DNA of 64,000 nucleotides from an uncultured candidate division Zixibacteria bacterium (GTDB lineage Bacteria; Zixibacteria; MSB-5A5; GN15; FEB-12): NCBI GenBank assembly GCA_963735035.1, contig CAVTJJ010000006.1, positions 128,001 to 192,000 of the forward strand, read 5' to 3'. Shown piece by piece: positions 29,833 to 38,792 of this stretch (position 1 is its first letter; each line of letters starts with the position of its first letter). The notes under the pieces were generated by a model. It saw only the letters and a program-made list of their open reading frames with translations, ran no database searches and was not told where the DNA came from. The position numbers and the translations under genes were made by a program.

Positions 29833-31233
29833 CTAGCACTCCTTGAGCTTGTCTTTGCCGTTGATCTTGGGGACTTTGATCGGGTACTTGCCTGAAAAGC
29901 AGCCGTGGCAGAAAGTCGTGTTCGGCAACGATGGCATTGACAGCATCCCTTCGAGCGACAGATACCGCAGTGAATCAACGCCCAGGTATTTTTCGATCTC
30001 CTTGACGCTCTTATTCGAAGCTATCAGTTCCTTGCGGGTGGGCATATCGATACCGAAGAAGCAGGGCGAAATGATGGGGGGAGAGGAGACACGGAAATGG
30101 ATTTCCTTGGCGCCCGCCTCACGGATCATCTTGACCAGCTTGAGGGAGGTAGTTCCTCGTACGATTGAATCATCAACCACGACGACTCGTTTGTTTCTGA
30201 GTACGCCCTTAACCGGGTTGAATTTCAGGCGAACGTCGAGATCCCGCACTTGCTGGTGCGGATCTATGAAAGTCCGTCCGACATAGTGATTCCGGATCAG
30301 ACCGATCTCGAACTTGATGCCCGATTGTTCGGCAAAACCGAGCGTGGCCGTGTTGGCTGAGTCGGGGATACCGATGACTACGTCGGCGTCGACCGGGTGC
30401 TCTTTGGCTAACAGTCGTCCCAAACGGCGGCGTATTTTGTCGACATTCTCGCCGAATATGCGCGAATCCGGACGCGAGAAGTATATGTATTCAAAAATGC
30501 AGGCGGCCTGGTGACCTTTCGGAGCAAAACGCCGGGAGTTCAGACCGCTCTTGGAAATTTCTACTATTTCCCCGGGCTCGATATCCCGGATGTACTTGGC
30601 TCCAATAATGTCGAAAGCGCAGGTTTCGCTTGCTATGAACCAGGCGCCACGAAACTTGCCCAGCGCCAGTGGGCGGAATCCCTGCGGGTCGCGCGCCGCC
30701 ATTATGGAATCCTCGGTCAGGAAAACGAGCGAGAACGCCCCCTTAATTTTCTTCAGGGCCTCGCAGATACGATCCAGCCGATTCCGCTTTTTCGAAGTCG
30801 CTATCAGGTGAAGAATAATCTCGGTATCAGACGTGGTCTGGAAGATCGATCCCCGCGAGTCGAGGGCGCGTTTCAACTCCAGCGAATTGGTCAGGTTGCC
30901 ATTGTGAGCGACAGCCAGGTTGGAGCTCCGATTGGTGATTATGAAGGGTTGGATGTTCAGCAGCGATGACGCCCCGGTCGTACTGTAACGAGTGTGGCCG
31001 ATCGCCATCCGCCCACGCAACTTGTTGATGTTGGCTTCGTCACCGAATACTTCGGACACCTGGCCCATCCCCTTGTGAAGGAAGAATTCCCCACCGTCCG
31101 ATGTGACTATGCCGGCCGATTCCTGTCCCCGATGTTGCAGGGCGTAGAGTCCCAGATAGGTCAGGTCGGCTGCCCGTTGGTGGCCGTGGATGGCGAAAAC
31201 ACCGCAGTTGTCATGAACCATTTCGTCCAGCAT
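29833..31233 (-). CDS. purF: Amidophosphoribosyltransferase
   Basis: Propeptide then CGVF, LQHRGQESAG, GHTRYST, AHNGNL, VDDSIVRGTT, Fe-S cysteines. Confidence 0.97.
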   Translation of the reverse strand: MLDEMVHDNCGVFAIHGHQRAADLTYLGLYALQHRGQESAGIVTSDGGEFFLHKGMGQVSEVFGDEANINKLRGRMAIGHTRYSTTGASSLLNIQPFIITNRSSNLAVAHNGNLTNSLELKRALDSRGSIFQTTSDTEIILHLIATSKKRNRLDRICEALKKIKGAFSLVFLTEDSIMAARDPQGFRPLALGKFRGAWFIASETCAFDIIGAKYIRDIEPGEIVEISKSGLNSRRFAPKGHQAACIFEYIYFSRPDSRIFGENVDKIRRRLGRLLAKEHPVDADVVIGIPDSANTATLGFAEQSGIKFEIGLIRNHYVGRTFIDPHQQVRDLDVRLKFNPVKGVLRNKRVVVVDDSIVRGTTSLKLVKMIREAGAKEIHFRVSSPPIISPCFFGIDMPTRKELIASNKSVKEIEKYLGVDSLRYLSLEGMLSMPSLPNTTFCHGCFSGKYPIKVPKINGKDKLKEC

Positions 31234-31274
31234 AAGCCGTTTTCCTCGTCGGGGTACCGCCCCGAAAAGCGGCT

Positions 31275-31303
31275 AAGGTACCAGGCCTGTCCTGGTTTGT
31301 CAA
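31275..31303 (-). promoter_or_regulatory. Sigma70-type promoter of purF
   Basis: TTGACA-N17-TACCTT on the minus strand. Confidence 0.6.
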
Positions 31304-31518
31304 CCTTTCAAGCGCCACGTCGGAGCGTCCCTCTGTGAACTAGAGTGCAACGCCGGCCCCGGCTGTTAAGTTCTTGAACAAGCGAATGAACTGGCTAAAA
31401 CGTTGATTTTACGCTATTTTCGGGGTGTACACGCAAGTTTTCGCAGTCCCGACAGGAATATCCTGACCGGTGCACCGCTTTTGCTCTTGAGTCGACTGAA
31501 CCAAAGAGTCGAAAGTTC

Positions 31519-32292
31519 ATGGCTAGTAGAGACCAAGAAAGATTCAATATCCTACGAACTCTGGCGACCGCGGCGGTAGCCGATGTCCGTCTGGAACAAA
31601 CCGGGCGGGCTGCCCTGGAGCAGGCGGCCAGATTGATCGGTCTGGAAGCCATGGCGCTGCATTTGTGGGATGGCAAAAAGCAGCCCCTGCTGAGTCTGAC
31701 ATATTCGTCATCGGAAGATGAAGCGCGTCGTCTTAACGAATTGGAACGCGACCTGTTCGAAGGTCTCCGAAAAGACCGTCAATTAGTATCGGCTTATATG
31801 TCGTTTGGAGGGGAGACGCCGGTTCATTCCTTCACTCTTCCGTTGAGACACGGTGCTCAGGTATTTGGAGCGGTAATTGGGCTGCAAAAGGGCGAGCGGA
31901 CGCTCATTGCTGAAGACGATTTTCTCGATGCTCTCACCGCCACCCTGGCCCTTCACGCCGCGGCCAGCGGTATGACCGGGGCACTTCCGAAAGAACTCGC
32001 GCAAAAGGAACGGCTGGCGGCCATTAACGAAACCGCCGTCACCGTGAATCACGAAATTAACAATCCGCTGACTGCTATCATTGGAAACGTCCAGCTTCTG
32101 CTAATGCACCGCAAGGACCTTGACCCCGAACTTCGCAACAAGCTGAGCGTCATCGAGGAATCCGCGTCGAAAATCAAAGACGTCACCCAGAAATTGCTCC
32201 GACTGACCTCGGCCCGTTCCGTAGAATACGTCAAGGGCACCGAAATGCTCGATCTGTCCGATCCGGACGACAAGAACCATCCTCGCAAGTAG
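31519..32292 (+). CDS. GAF-like + HisKA (phosphoacceptor) protein lacking the HATPase domain
   Basis: LPL...VFGAVI GAF-like segment; H-box TVNHEINNPLTAI.G; ends without N/G1/F/G2 boxes. Confidence 0.75.
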   Translation: MASRDQERFNILRTLATAAVADVRLEQTGRAALEQAARLIGLEAMALHLWDGKKQPLLSLTYSSSEDEARRLNELERDLFEGLRKDRQLVSAYMSFGGETPVHSFTLPLRHGAQVFGAVIGLQKGERTLIAEDDFLDALTATLALHAAASGMTGALPKELAQKERLAAINETAVTVNHEINNPLTAIIGNVQLLLMHRKDLDPELRNKLSVIEESASKIKDVTQKLLRLTSARSVEYVKGTEMLDLSDPDDKNHPRK

Positions 32293-32434
32293 CTCCCCCG
32301 GGGCCGGGATTGCCGGCCAACCTTCAGATTGCATCTACATCAGCAAAGCAGTATCCTTCACACGGCCTGATTGGATTCTTGTGCGAAGTGAGTCGCATCA
32401 AGCGTATCAAGAGTGAGGTCGAAAGGAGCAACAG

Positions 32435-34588
32435 ATGAAATGTATAGGACAGGGTATAGCCGGATTTGTGATGCTGGCAACGATTATTGCTGTAGCCGGT
32501 TGCGGGGTTGACCATCAGCATCCACCCGTGGCGGCCGTAAAGCCGGTGACGGATACATATCACGGCGTGGCGGTAGTCGACAACTATCAATGGCTGGAGA
32601 ATGCTTCTGATTCCGAAGTGCAGAAATGGTCACAGGCGGAAAATCAATACGCGCAAGACGTCCTGGGTAAGATTCCCGCGCGCCAGGCGATTGCCGATCG
32701 TCTGACGCAACTCTACAAAGAAGCTACTCCCACTTACGGCAGTTTTCACTACCAGGGTGGTGTTCTGTTTGCTCTCAAGAACGACCCCGCCAAGGACCAA
32801 CCGATGCTGGTGGTGATGACGTCGCCTCAGGATTTGACTACCGAACGGGTAGTTTTCGACCCCAACGTTCTTGATCCGAGCGGACTGACATCGATTGATT
32901 TCTTTGTGGTCTCGTCGGATGCGGCTCTGGTAGCGGTCTCGCTGTCCAAGGGCGGACGCGAGGACGGCGACGTGCATGTCTTCCATGTGAGTGACGGCAG
33001 CCAGCTCTCCGATGTGGTGCTGCGGGTCAATGGCCCGACTGCGGGTGGCGATGTCGCCTGGAAGGCCGACGGTTCCGGATTCTACTACAGTCATTATCCT
33101 CGCACGGGAGAGAAGCCGCAGGATTCTCTTCGCTTCTATCAGCAGATCTATTTCCATCAGTTAGGCACACCTACTGAGAGCGATACTTATGAAATCGGCA
33201 AAGATTGTCCGGCCATAGCTGAGATCACGTTCGAGACGTCGCCCGACAACAAATACATTGTTGCCCAGGTAGCCAACGGTGACGGCGGCTTGTTTTCTCA
33301 TTATCTTAAAGGACCGTCAGGCGGCTGGCAGCAGATTGCTCGCGATGAAGATCTCGTCCCCTGGGTGAAATTTGGCCCCGACAACTCCCTATACCTGCTG
33401 TCGCACCTGAATACGCCTCGGGGTCAGATTCTGCAACTTCCAGTCGGCAAACCCGACCTGAAATCGGCTCGTGTCGTAGTTCCGGAGAGCGATGTCGTCA
33501 TCGATGATATACTTGTGACTCAGACTAAGATGTTTGTGTCCGACGTGGTCGGTGGACCGTCGCAGATTCGCATTCTCGATCGGGACGGGGCTTTTCAGAA
33601 ACTGGTACCGGTTCTGCCTGTCTCATCGGTTGACGGTTTGACCTGTGTGGGTGGCGACAAGATACTCTACGGAAATCAGAGCTACACGACGCCCAAAGCC
33701 GTGTACCTCTTTGAACCGTCGGAAGGCTCTACGATCAAGACCGCTATGCAGACCACTTCACCCGCCGATTTCAGCAACGTGGAAGTCATTCGCGAAGTGG
33801 CGATCTCCAAGGACGGTACCCGGGTGCCGATGAGCATCATCCGTCGCAAGGGTACGGTCTTGAACGGTCAGAATCCTACGGTGCTCTACGGGTACGGAGG
33901 ATATGGGCTCACACAGCAGCCGACGTATGATCGCGAGATTTCGCTCTGGCTGGACCATGGCGGTGTCTATGTGAAAACCAATATCCGAGGCGGCGGCGAG
34001 TTCGGCGAGGCCTGGCATCTGGGAGGGAACCTCACCAATAAGCAGAACGTGTTTGATGACTTTGCCGCGTGTGCGCAATTCTTGATTGACAAGAAATATA
34101 CTAATCCTTCGAAACTCGCCATCCGGGGTGGTTCCAACGGCGGGTTGTTGATGGGCGCTACGCTGACTCAGCATCCTAACCTGTTCAAAGCGGTTGTATG
34201 CGAAAAGGGTGTGCTGGATATGCTTCGGGTCGAGCTCGGTCCCAATGGTGCTTTCAATACGACCGAGTACGGCACGGTTGCAAACCCAGAGCAGTTCCAG
34301 GCCCTCCGGGCTTATTCGCCTTATGCCAACATCAAACCCGGTGTCCGGTATCCCGACGTTCTGTTCACGGCGGATGAAAACGACGGACGGGTGCTGTCGT
34401 ATCACTCCAAGAAGACTACCGCCGCTCTCCAGGCGACCAGTCCTGAGAGTCTCACGCTCTTGCTTGTTACGGCGGGACGCGGCCATGGCATAGGAAGCTC
34501 GCTGAGCAACAACCTGGTCAACAGCACCAACGTCTACTCGTTCCTGTTTGACCGGCTGGCGGTGGATTTCAAGACGCCCGCGAAGTAG
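32435..34588 (+). CDS. Prolyl oligopeptidase (S9A) lipoprotein
   Basis: Lipobox VAGC; DNYQWLE, SKDGTRVP, YGYGG, RGGGEFG..WH, GGSNGGLL, D.RV, GHG. Confidence 0.93.
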   Translation: MKCIGQGIAGFVMLATIIAVAGCGVDHQHPPVAAVKPVTDTYHGVAVVDNYQWLENASDSEVQKWSQAENQYAQDVLGKIPARQAIADRLTQLYKEATPTYGSFHYQGGVLFALKNDPAKDQPMLVVMTSPQDLTTERVVFDPNVLDPSGLTSIDFFVVSSDAALVAVSLSKGGREDGDVHVFHVSDGSQLSDVVLRVNGPTAGGDVAWKADGSGFYYSHYPRTGEKPQDSLRFYQQIYFHQLGTPTESDTYEIGKDCPAIAEITFETSPDNKYIVAQVANGDGGLFSHYLKGPSGGWQQIARDEDLVPWVKFGPDNSLYLLSHLNTPRGQILQLPVGKPDLKSARVVVPESDVVIDDILVTQTKMFVSDVVGGPSQIRILDRDGAFQKLVPVLPVSSVDGLTCVGGDKILYGNQSYTTPKAVYLFEPSEGSTIKTAMQTTSPADFSNVEVIREVAISKDGTRVPMSIIRRKGTVLNGQNPTVLYGYGGYGLTQQPTYDREISLWLDHGGVYVKTNIRGGGEFGEAWHLGGNLTNKQNVFDDFAACAQFLIDKKYTNPSKLAIRGGSNGGLLMGATLTQHPNLFKAVVCEKGVLDMLRVELGPNGAFNTTEYGTVANPEQFQALRAYSPYANIKPGVRYPDVLFTADENDGRVLSYHSKKTTAALQATSPESLTLLLVTAGRGHGIGSSLSNNLVNSTNVYSFLFDRLAVDFKTPAK

Positions 34589-34613
34589 ACGTTTCGATCA
34601 TTGCACCAAAACA

Positions 34614-34642
34614 AAGAGCCGCCCATCAAGGCGGCTCTTCTT
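34614..34642. terminator. Hairpin between convergent genes (likely bidirectional terminator)
   Basis: AAGAGCCGCC-catcaa-GGCGGCTCTT. Confidence 0.75.
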
Positions 34643-34663
34643 CATGATTCATTTGAGATCTTG

Positions 34664-35812
34664 TCAGATGACGTTAGTTTCGACTATCAGCTCACCCTTG
34701 GCGAACCGCGCCGGGCTCAGGTCAGAGATGTCAACGGCCGGTGTCTGACCCGTAATAATCTGCGTGGATACCATGCCGGTCGCCGGGGCGTGCATCAGCC
34801 CGTGACCGGAGAAACCGGTCGCATGGAACAGGCCTTCCACGGCCGGTTCGAAACCGACAATCGCACGATGATCCGGGGTCGTCTCATATAACCCTGCCCA
34901 CTTGTTGGCTATCTCTGCCGTCTCGAGTTGAGGGATGCGGTCAAGTGCGCGCTCCAAAATTGAATCGGTGTAGTCCGGATCGATAGAAATATCAAACGAT
35001 GGTTTGACGTCCGGGTCGGCCCAGCCAAGCAGTAGACCCTTCGACTCCTTATGGGTGTACAGACCGGACGCGACGTCGACAACCATCGGGAAATACGGCT
35101 TCACGAAATCGAGCGCCCCGGTAGTGACACACTGTCTTCGCACCGGCGCCACTTTGAGATCAACTCCGACCATACGGCCAATCTGCGCCGCAAAGGCGCC
35201 CGTGGCATTGATCACCAGACCGCAGGAGATAGTGCCTTTGTTCGTCATGACGTCAGTGACTTTTCCGGCCGAAACGGTCAGCCCGGTTACCTCGGTCTCA
35301 AGTTCGATCTCGACACCCAATTTGCGGGCAGCCTTCTCGTAACCTGAGAGGAACTCACTCGGATCAGCCAGACCATCGTCATGGCAGAACGTGGCCATTT
35401 TGACATCGTCTAACCGGACATGAGGAGCATACTGGGGGATGTCTTCGGGTTTGAGTACGTCCACTTTTAGGCCCAGCGACCGCTGGAGAGAAACGCTCTT
35501 CATGAACGTTTCGACATCTTCATCGCGGGTCAACAGGAACATGTACCCGACTTGATCGAACAGCGCCTCCTGCCCGGTATCCTCTTTGAATCTGCAGAAG
35601 AGTTTCTCGGACAACATCGACATCTCGATATTGATCTTGTTGGCGAACTGGGCGCGGATGCCACCAGCCGCCTTCGAAGTAGAATGGGTGCCGGTCAGAG
35701 ATTCCTTTTCCAGCAGAACGATCCGGCCATACTTGGCCCGAGACAAATAGAAAGCGGTGGCCATACCAATAATGCCGCCGCCGATTATTACCGCATCAGC
35801 CTTATTACGCAC
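34664..35812 (-). CDS. FAD-dependent oxidoreductase (sarcosine oxidase beta/DAO family)
   Basis: GGGIIG, STSKAAGGIR.QF, WAGLYE.TPD, GFSGHG.M.APA. Confidence 0.88.
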   Translation of the reverse strand: MRNKADAVIIGGGIIGMATAFYLSRAKYGRIVLLEKESLTGTHSTSKAAGGIRAQFANKINIEMSMLSEKLFCRFKEDTGQEALFDQVGYMFLLTRDEDVETFMKSVSLQRSLGLKVDVLKPEDIPQYAPHVRLDDVKMATFCHDDGLADPSEFLSGYEKAARKLGVEIELETEVTGLTVSAGKVTDVMTNKGTISCGLVINATGAFAAQIGRMVGVDLKVAPVRRQCVTTGALDFVKPYFPMVVDVASGLYTHKESKGLLLGWADPDVKPSFDISIDPDYTDSILERALDRIPQLETAEIANKWAGLYETTPDHRAIVGFEPAVEGLFHATGFSGHGLMHAPATGMVSTQIITGQTPAVDISDLSPARFAKGELIVETNVI

Positions 35813-36023
35813 TTCATGCCTCTAAATCACAGTGTCCAACCACACGTCTTTTCGAAGGTCAATTTACCCAATTGGCGGGCTTAGTCAAGGGGATGTCTGA
35901 CCTGTTAGGTGGGTTGATTTGAAACTCAGAACTCGTTGTCCTGTTGTGAAATAAGAGAATACTCGAACCGCGCAGGGATAGTCCGTTCTTGTTGACGGGA
36001 AACATTGTAAGTAAATTGCCCGC

Positions 36024-38339
36024 ATGGCCGCTCCGCCAAAGCTCAGGTCTGATCTCATATCGTCGCCTTCGGTAGTCGACGGCGTCACCGTGTTTACGGT
36101 GAAAGACCCGATCGGGGGGAAATACTTCCGCCTCCGTGAGCCCGAGCACTGGCTGATTCACCAGTTTGACGGCAATAGTACGCCCGATGAAATCGCTGCC
36201 AGATTCGGCGAGAAATTCGGGCTTAAGATCAGTGGCTCTGATGTGGCTCAATTCTCAGCCGCACTTGACAACCTGTTCTTTCTCGAGAACACTCGATCAG
36301 AACAGATCCTCAGCCGCTCAGGGACGCGCATCGAAGCCAGACGACCTCTGTGGCAGCGCATTCTATATTTGCGGCTGAAAGCATTCAAGCCAGGGAAGGG
36401 GCTTGATTGGCTCACGCGGCTCTATCGACCGTTTCATCGGCCCTTCTGGTTCGTCGTGCAGGGACTTGTCATACTCGCCGGGTTGATCGTGCTGTTCGCC
36501 AATCTGCCGTCATTCGAAGTCAGTCTTAGCGCACTGTGGAATCTCGGATCAATCGGGCTCTTGATCCTGTCGATGTTCATACTGGTCTCGCTGCACGAGT
36601 TCGCTCATGCCGTGACCTGTCGTGTATATGGGGGAGAGGTCCGCGAAATCGGCTTCCTGCTTCTCTATTTCCAACCCTGCTTCTATTGCGATCTGTCCGA
36701 TGCCTGGCTGTTCCCCAAGAAGTCACAACGGCTGGCAGTGTCATTTGCGGGTCCGTTCTTCCAACTGGTCCTGCTGGCGGTTTCGGTGATTGTCTGGCGT
36801 CTGACGGTGCCAGGCGTGTTCGTGAGTCAACTTGCGTGGATGCTGGTTACGGTGAACTGGATCAACTTCCTGTTTAATTTCAACCCGCTAATCAAGCTGG
36901 ACGGGTATTATCTGCTCTCTGATTGGGTGGAAATTCCGAACCTGCGTCAGAAAGCATTTTCGTATCTGGGCAATGCTTTGAAGCGGCGTTTGCTTGGTTG
37001 GCCGATTGAGTCACTGGCTGTAACGGCGCGCCAGCGGCGGATTTTCGTCACATACGGGCTGACCGCACTGATATACTCAGTGTTACTTCTGGGCTACATG
37101 TTCACATTGGTGGCGAAGTTCCTGATGGCTGAGATCGGCCCTGCCGGTCCGGCCTTGTTAGTTCTGGTCATATTATTTATATTGCGATCAAGGTTGCGGA
37201 ATCTCGCACAGGGTATTATCAGTCATGTTAAGTATATGAAGAGACTGCTGAAACAGCCTTTGAAACTCGCCGGATATCTGGTCGTCCTCGCGGTCGTCCT
37301 GGTCATAGGACTGGCCCTGCCGCTGCCACATCGGGTTTCGGGCGAAGTGCTCGTGCGCCCCGTCGCGATGTTCACGGTCAGGTTGAACGAATATGGAGTG
37401 CTGGAGAAGATTTCCCGCCGGGGTGGAGATGTTCCCACCACCAAGACTGATATTCTGCAATTGGCCACTACAGACATGGCCGCGCTGCAGGTCGTGCCGT
37501 TGGTACGAGACGGCGAATCAGTGACGGCCGGTGACACGATTGCCGCGGTAACGTCCAATCAGATCACGCGGGATATCAATGCCGGCCAGGCCGAGTTGGA
37601 ACGTCTTCAAAATGAACTGGCCCTCCTTAAGGCACTGCCCAAGAAGCAGGCGATGGACGAGGCCAAAGCCAGCATCAAGTCCGCCAAAGCCACCCTGGCT
37701 CAGAACAAGCGTGAACGCGATCGGATGAAGTCGCTGGTAGACAGCAAATTAGAGGCGCGTGAGCGGCTTGAGTCGATCCAGTCCCAGGTGGAAGTCGCCG
37801 AAGCCGAAGTCACTCGATGTCAATCGGCGCTGAATCTCCTTCAAGCTCCTCCTCGGCCCGAAGAAGAAGATGTAGTCCTCAGCCAGATTCAGAAGCAGCA
37901 GGCGCAGCTGGACTTTCTCGTCCAGCAGGCCGCGGCCAGCCGGATCGAATCTCCTATCAGCGGGGTCGTCCGGGTGGCGGGCAAGAGTGGAGCCGTGGTT
38001 GAAGTGGCAACCTGCGATCCGGTGGAACTGCTCCTGCCGGTGTCAGACTTCGACCTGCCGCTCGTGACACTGGGGCAGACAGTCCAGGTGAAGGTTCGCT
38101 CATTCCCCAATCAAGTATTTTCCGGCACGGTGGTTCGGATCCCGAAGACTTCCGGGACATCTGATGCAGAGGCGGGCGGCGTCTTTCAGATATCCGTGCT
38201 TGTGGCGAACCCGGATGGACTGCTCCGTGATGGGATGAGCGGTTATGCCAAGATCGAAGCGGGGAAGATATCCGCGTTTGCGTGGGCGTTCCGGAAGGTG
38301 TACCAGAACCTCCGGGTTGAGTTCTGGTCATGGTGGTAG
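36024..38339 (+). CDS. Fusion of PqqD/RRE-like N-terminal domain, M50 site-2 metallopeptidase and HlyD-type membrane fusion protein
   Basis: aa1-90 beta-beta-beta/helical PqqD-like pattern (VKDP..GKYFRL...FDG..T.DEI); HEFAH, AGP, FNFNPLIKLDGYY; lipoyl halves, coiled coil, SPISG.V, LRDGMSGYAKI. Confidence 0.85.
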   Translation: MAAPPKLRSDLISSPSVVDGVTVFTVKDPIGGKYFRLREPEHWLIHQFDGNSTPDEIAARFGEKFGLKISGSDVAQFSAALDNLFFLENTRSEQILSRSGTRIEARRPLWQRILYLRLKAFKPGKGLDWLTRLYRPFHRPFWFVVQGLVILAGLIVLFANLPSFEVSLSALWNLGSIGLLILSMFILVSLHEFAHAVTCRVYGGEVREIGFLLLYFQPCFYCDLSDAWLFPKKSQRLAVSFAGPFFQLVLLAVSVIVWRLTVPGVFVSQLAWMLVTVNWINFLFNFNPLIKLDGYYLLSDWVEIPNLRQKAFSYLGNALKRRLLGWPIESLAVTARQRRIFVTYGLTALIYSVLLLGYMFTLVAKFLMAEIGPAGPALLVLVILFILRSRLRNLAQGIISHVKYMKRLLKQPLKLAGYLVVLAVVLVIGLALPLPHRVSGEVLVRPVAMFTVRLNEYGVLEKISRRGGDVPTTKTDILQLATTDMAALQVVPLVRDGESVTAGDTIAAVTSNQITRDINAGQAELERLQNELALLKALPKKQAMDEAKASIKSAKATLAQNKRERDRMKSLVDSKLEARERLESIQSQVEVAEAEVTRCQSALNLLQAPPRPEEEDVVLSQIQKQQAQLDFLVQQAAASRIESPISGVVRVAGKSGAVVEVATCDPVELLLPVSDFDLPLVTLGQTVQVKVRSFPNQVFSGTVVRIPKTSGTSDAEAGGVFQISVLVANPDGLLRDGMSGYAKIEAGKISAFAWAFRKVYQNLRVEFWSWW

Positions 38340-38379
38340 GACCTCGCCTCATCCGACGTTGAATGCCATCTATTTACGA

Positions 38380-38444
38380 GCATGATATATAAACCGGATC
38401 ATGCCAGGCATCATCCAACTGACAAGAATTCATCATGCATGATG
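38380..38444. promoter_or_regulatory. Array of GCATGAT/ATCATGC half-sites (candidate operator)
   Basis: GCATGAT-N11-ATCATGC (38380-38404) and perfect palindrome CATCATGCATGATG (38431-38444). Confidence 0.5.
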
Positions 38445-38538
38445 TCATTTTGCGGGGATGAAGGGAAAAGACTTCCCTAAATGGACACATTTTCCATGAT
38501 TTGTGGAGAAAAAGAGACATCCTGTATCATTTAGCCTC

Positions 38539-38567
38539 TTGACGAAATTGCAGAATGTGATTAAATT
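38539..38567 (+). promoter_or_regulatory. Sigma70-type promoter of the small peptide gene
   Basis: TTGACG-N17-TAAATT in an AT-rich intergenic region. Confidence 0.6.
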
Positions 38568-38655
38568 GTCAGTGGTCGCGTGTGATCTCGCTGATCACAC
38601 TGGCCCCTCTTAAGTGAGGGGTGTGCCCACTACCGTTAGTATAGGAGGTGAGTGC

Positions 38656-38733
38656 ATGGCGGACTACAAACTGACCGTAGAGGTGCTCGAAGCCCGCATA
38701 GCCCCGATGGGGTTTAGCTTGGGCGGACAGTAG
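38656..38733 (+). CDS. 25-aa putative precursor peptide MADYKLTVEVLEARIAPMGFSLGGQ (below the ORF-track cutoff)
   Basis: Strong SD AGGAGGTG 5 nt before ATG; promoter upstream, terminator downstream; LExRxAP leader-like motif; follows the RRE-M50-HlyD gene. Confidence 0.8.
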   Translation: MADYKLTVEVLEARIAPMGFSLGGQ

Positions 38734-38757
38734 TCTTTGCGAAGTAGGTTTCGCAGT

Positions 38758-38792
38758 AAGGGCAGACCTTTATAGGTCTGCCTTTGCTTTTT
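38758..38792. terminator. Intrinsic terminator of the peptide gene; its loop holds the stop codon of the convergent kinase
   Basis: AAGGGCAGACCT-ttat-AGGTCTGCCTTT-gcttttt; smaller hairpin TGCGAA/TTCGCA at 38738-38755. Confidence 0.8.

Noticed and set aside
34664..35812. FAD oxidoreductase as a peptide-tailoring enzyme
   Set aside because: Looks like an ordinary sarcosine-oxidase-beta/DAO family enzyme with no RRE; only proximity supports a link.
35859..36251. 130-aa minus-strand ORF over the M50 gene start
   Set aside because: Overlaps the RRE-like coding region and promoter; no RBS or motifs.
38581..38599. TGTGA...TCACA as a CRP site
   Set aside because: Spacer is 9 bp rather than 6; kept only as a hairpin or unknown operator.
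36024..38733. Assignment to a known RiPP class (daptide, lanthipeptide, lasso, PQQ)
   Set aside because: No tailoring enzymes adjacent; core lacks Cys, a terminal Thr, a lasso acceptor Asp/Glu and ExxxY.
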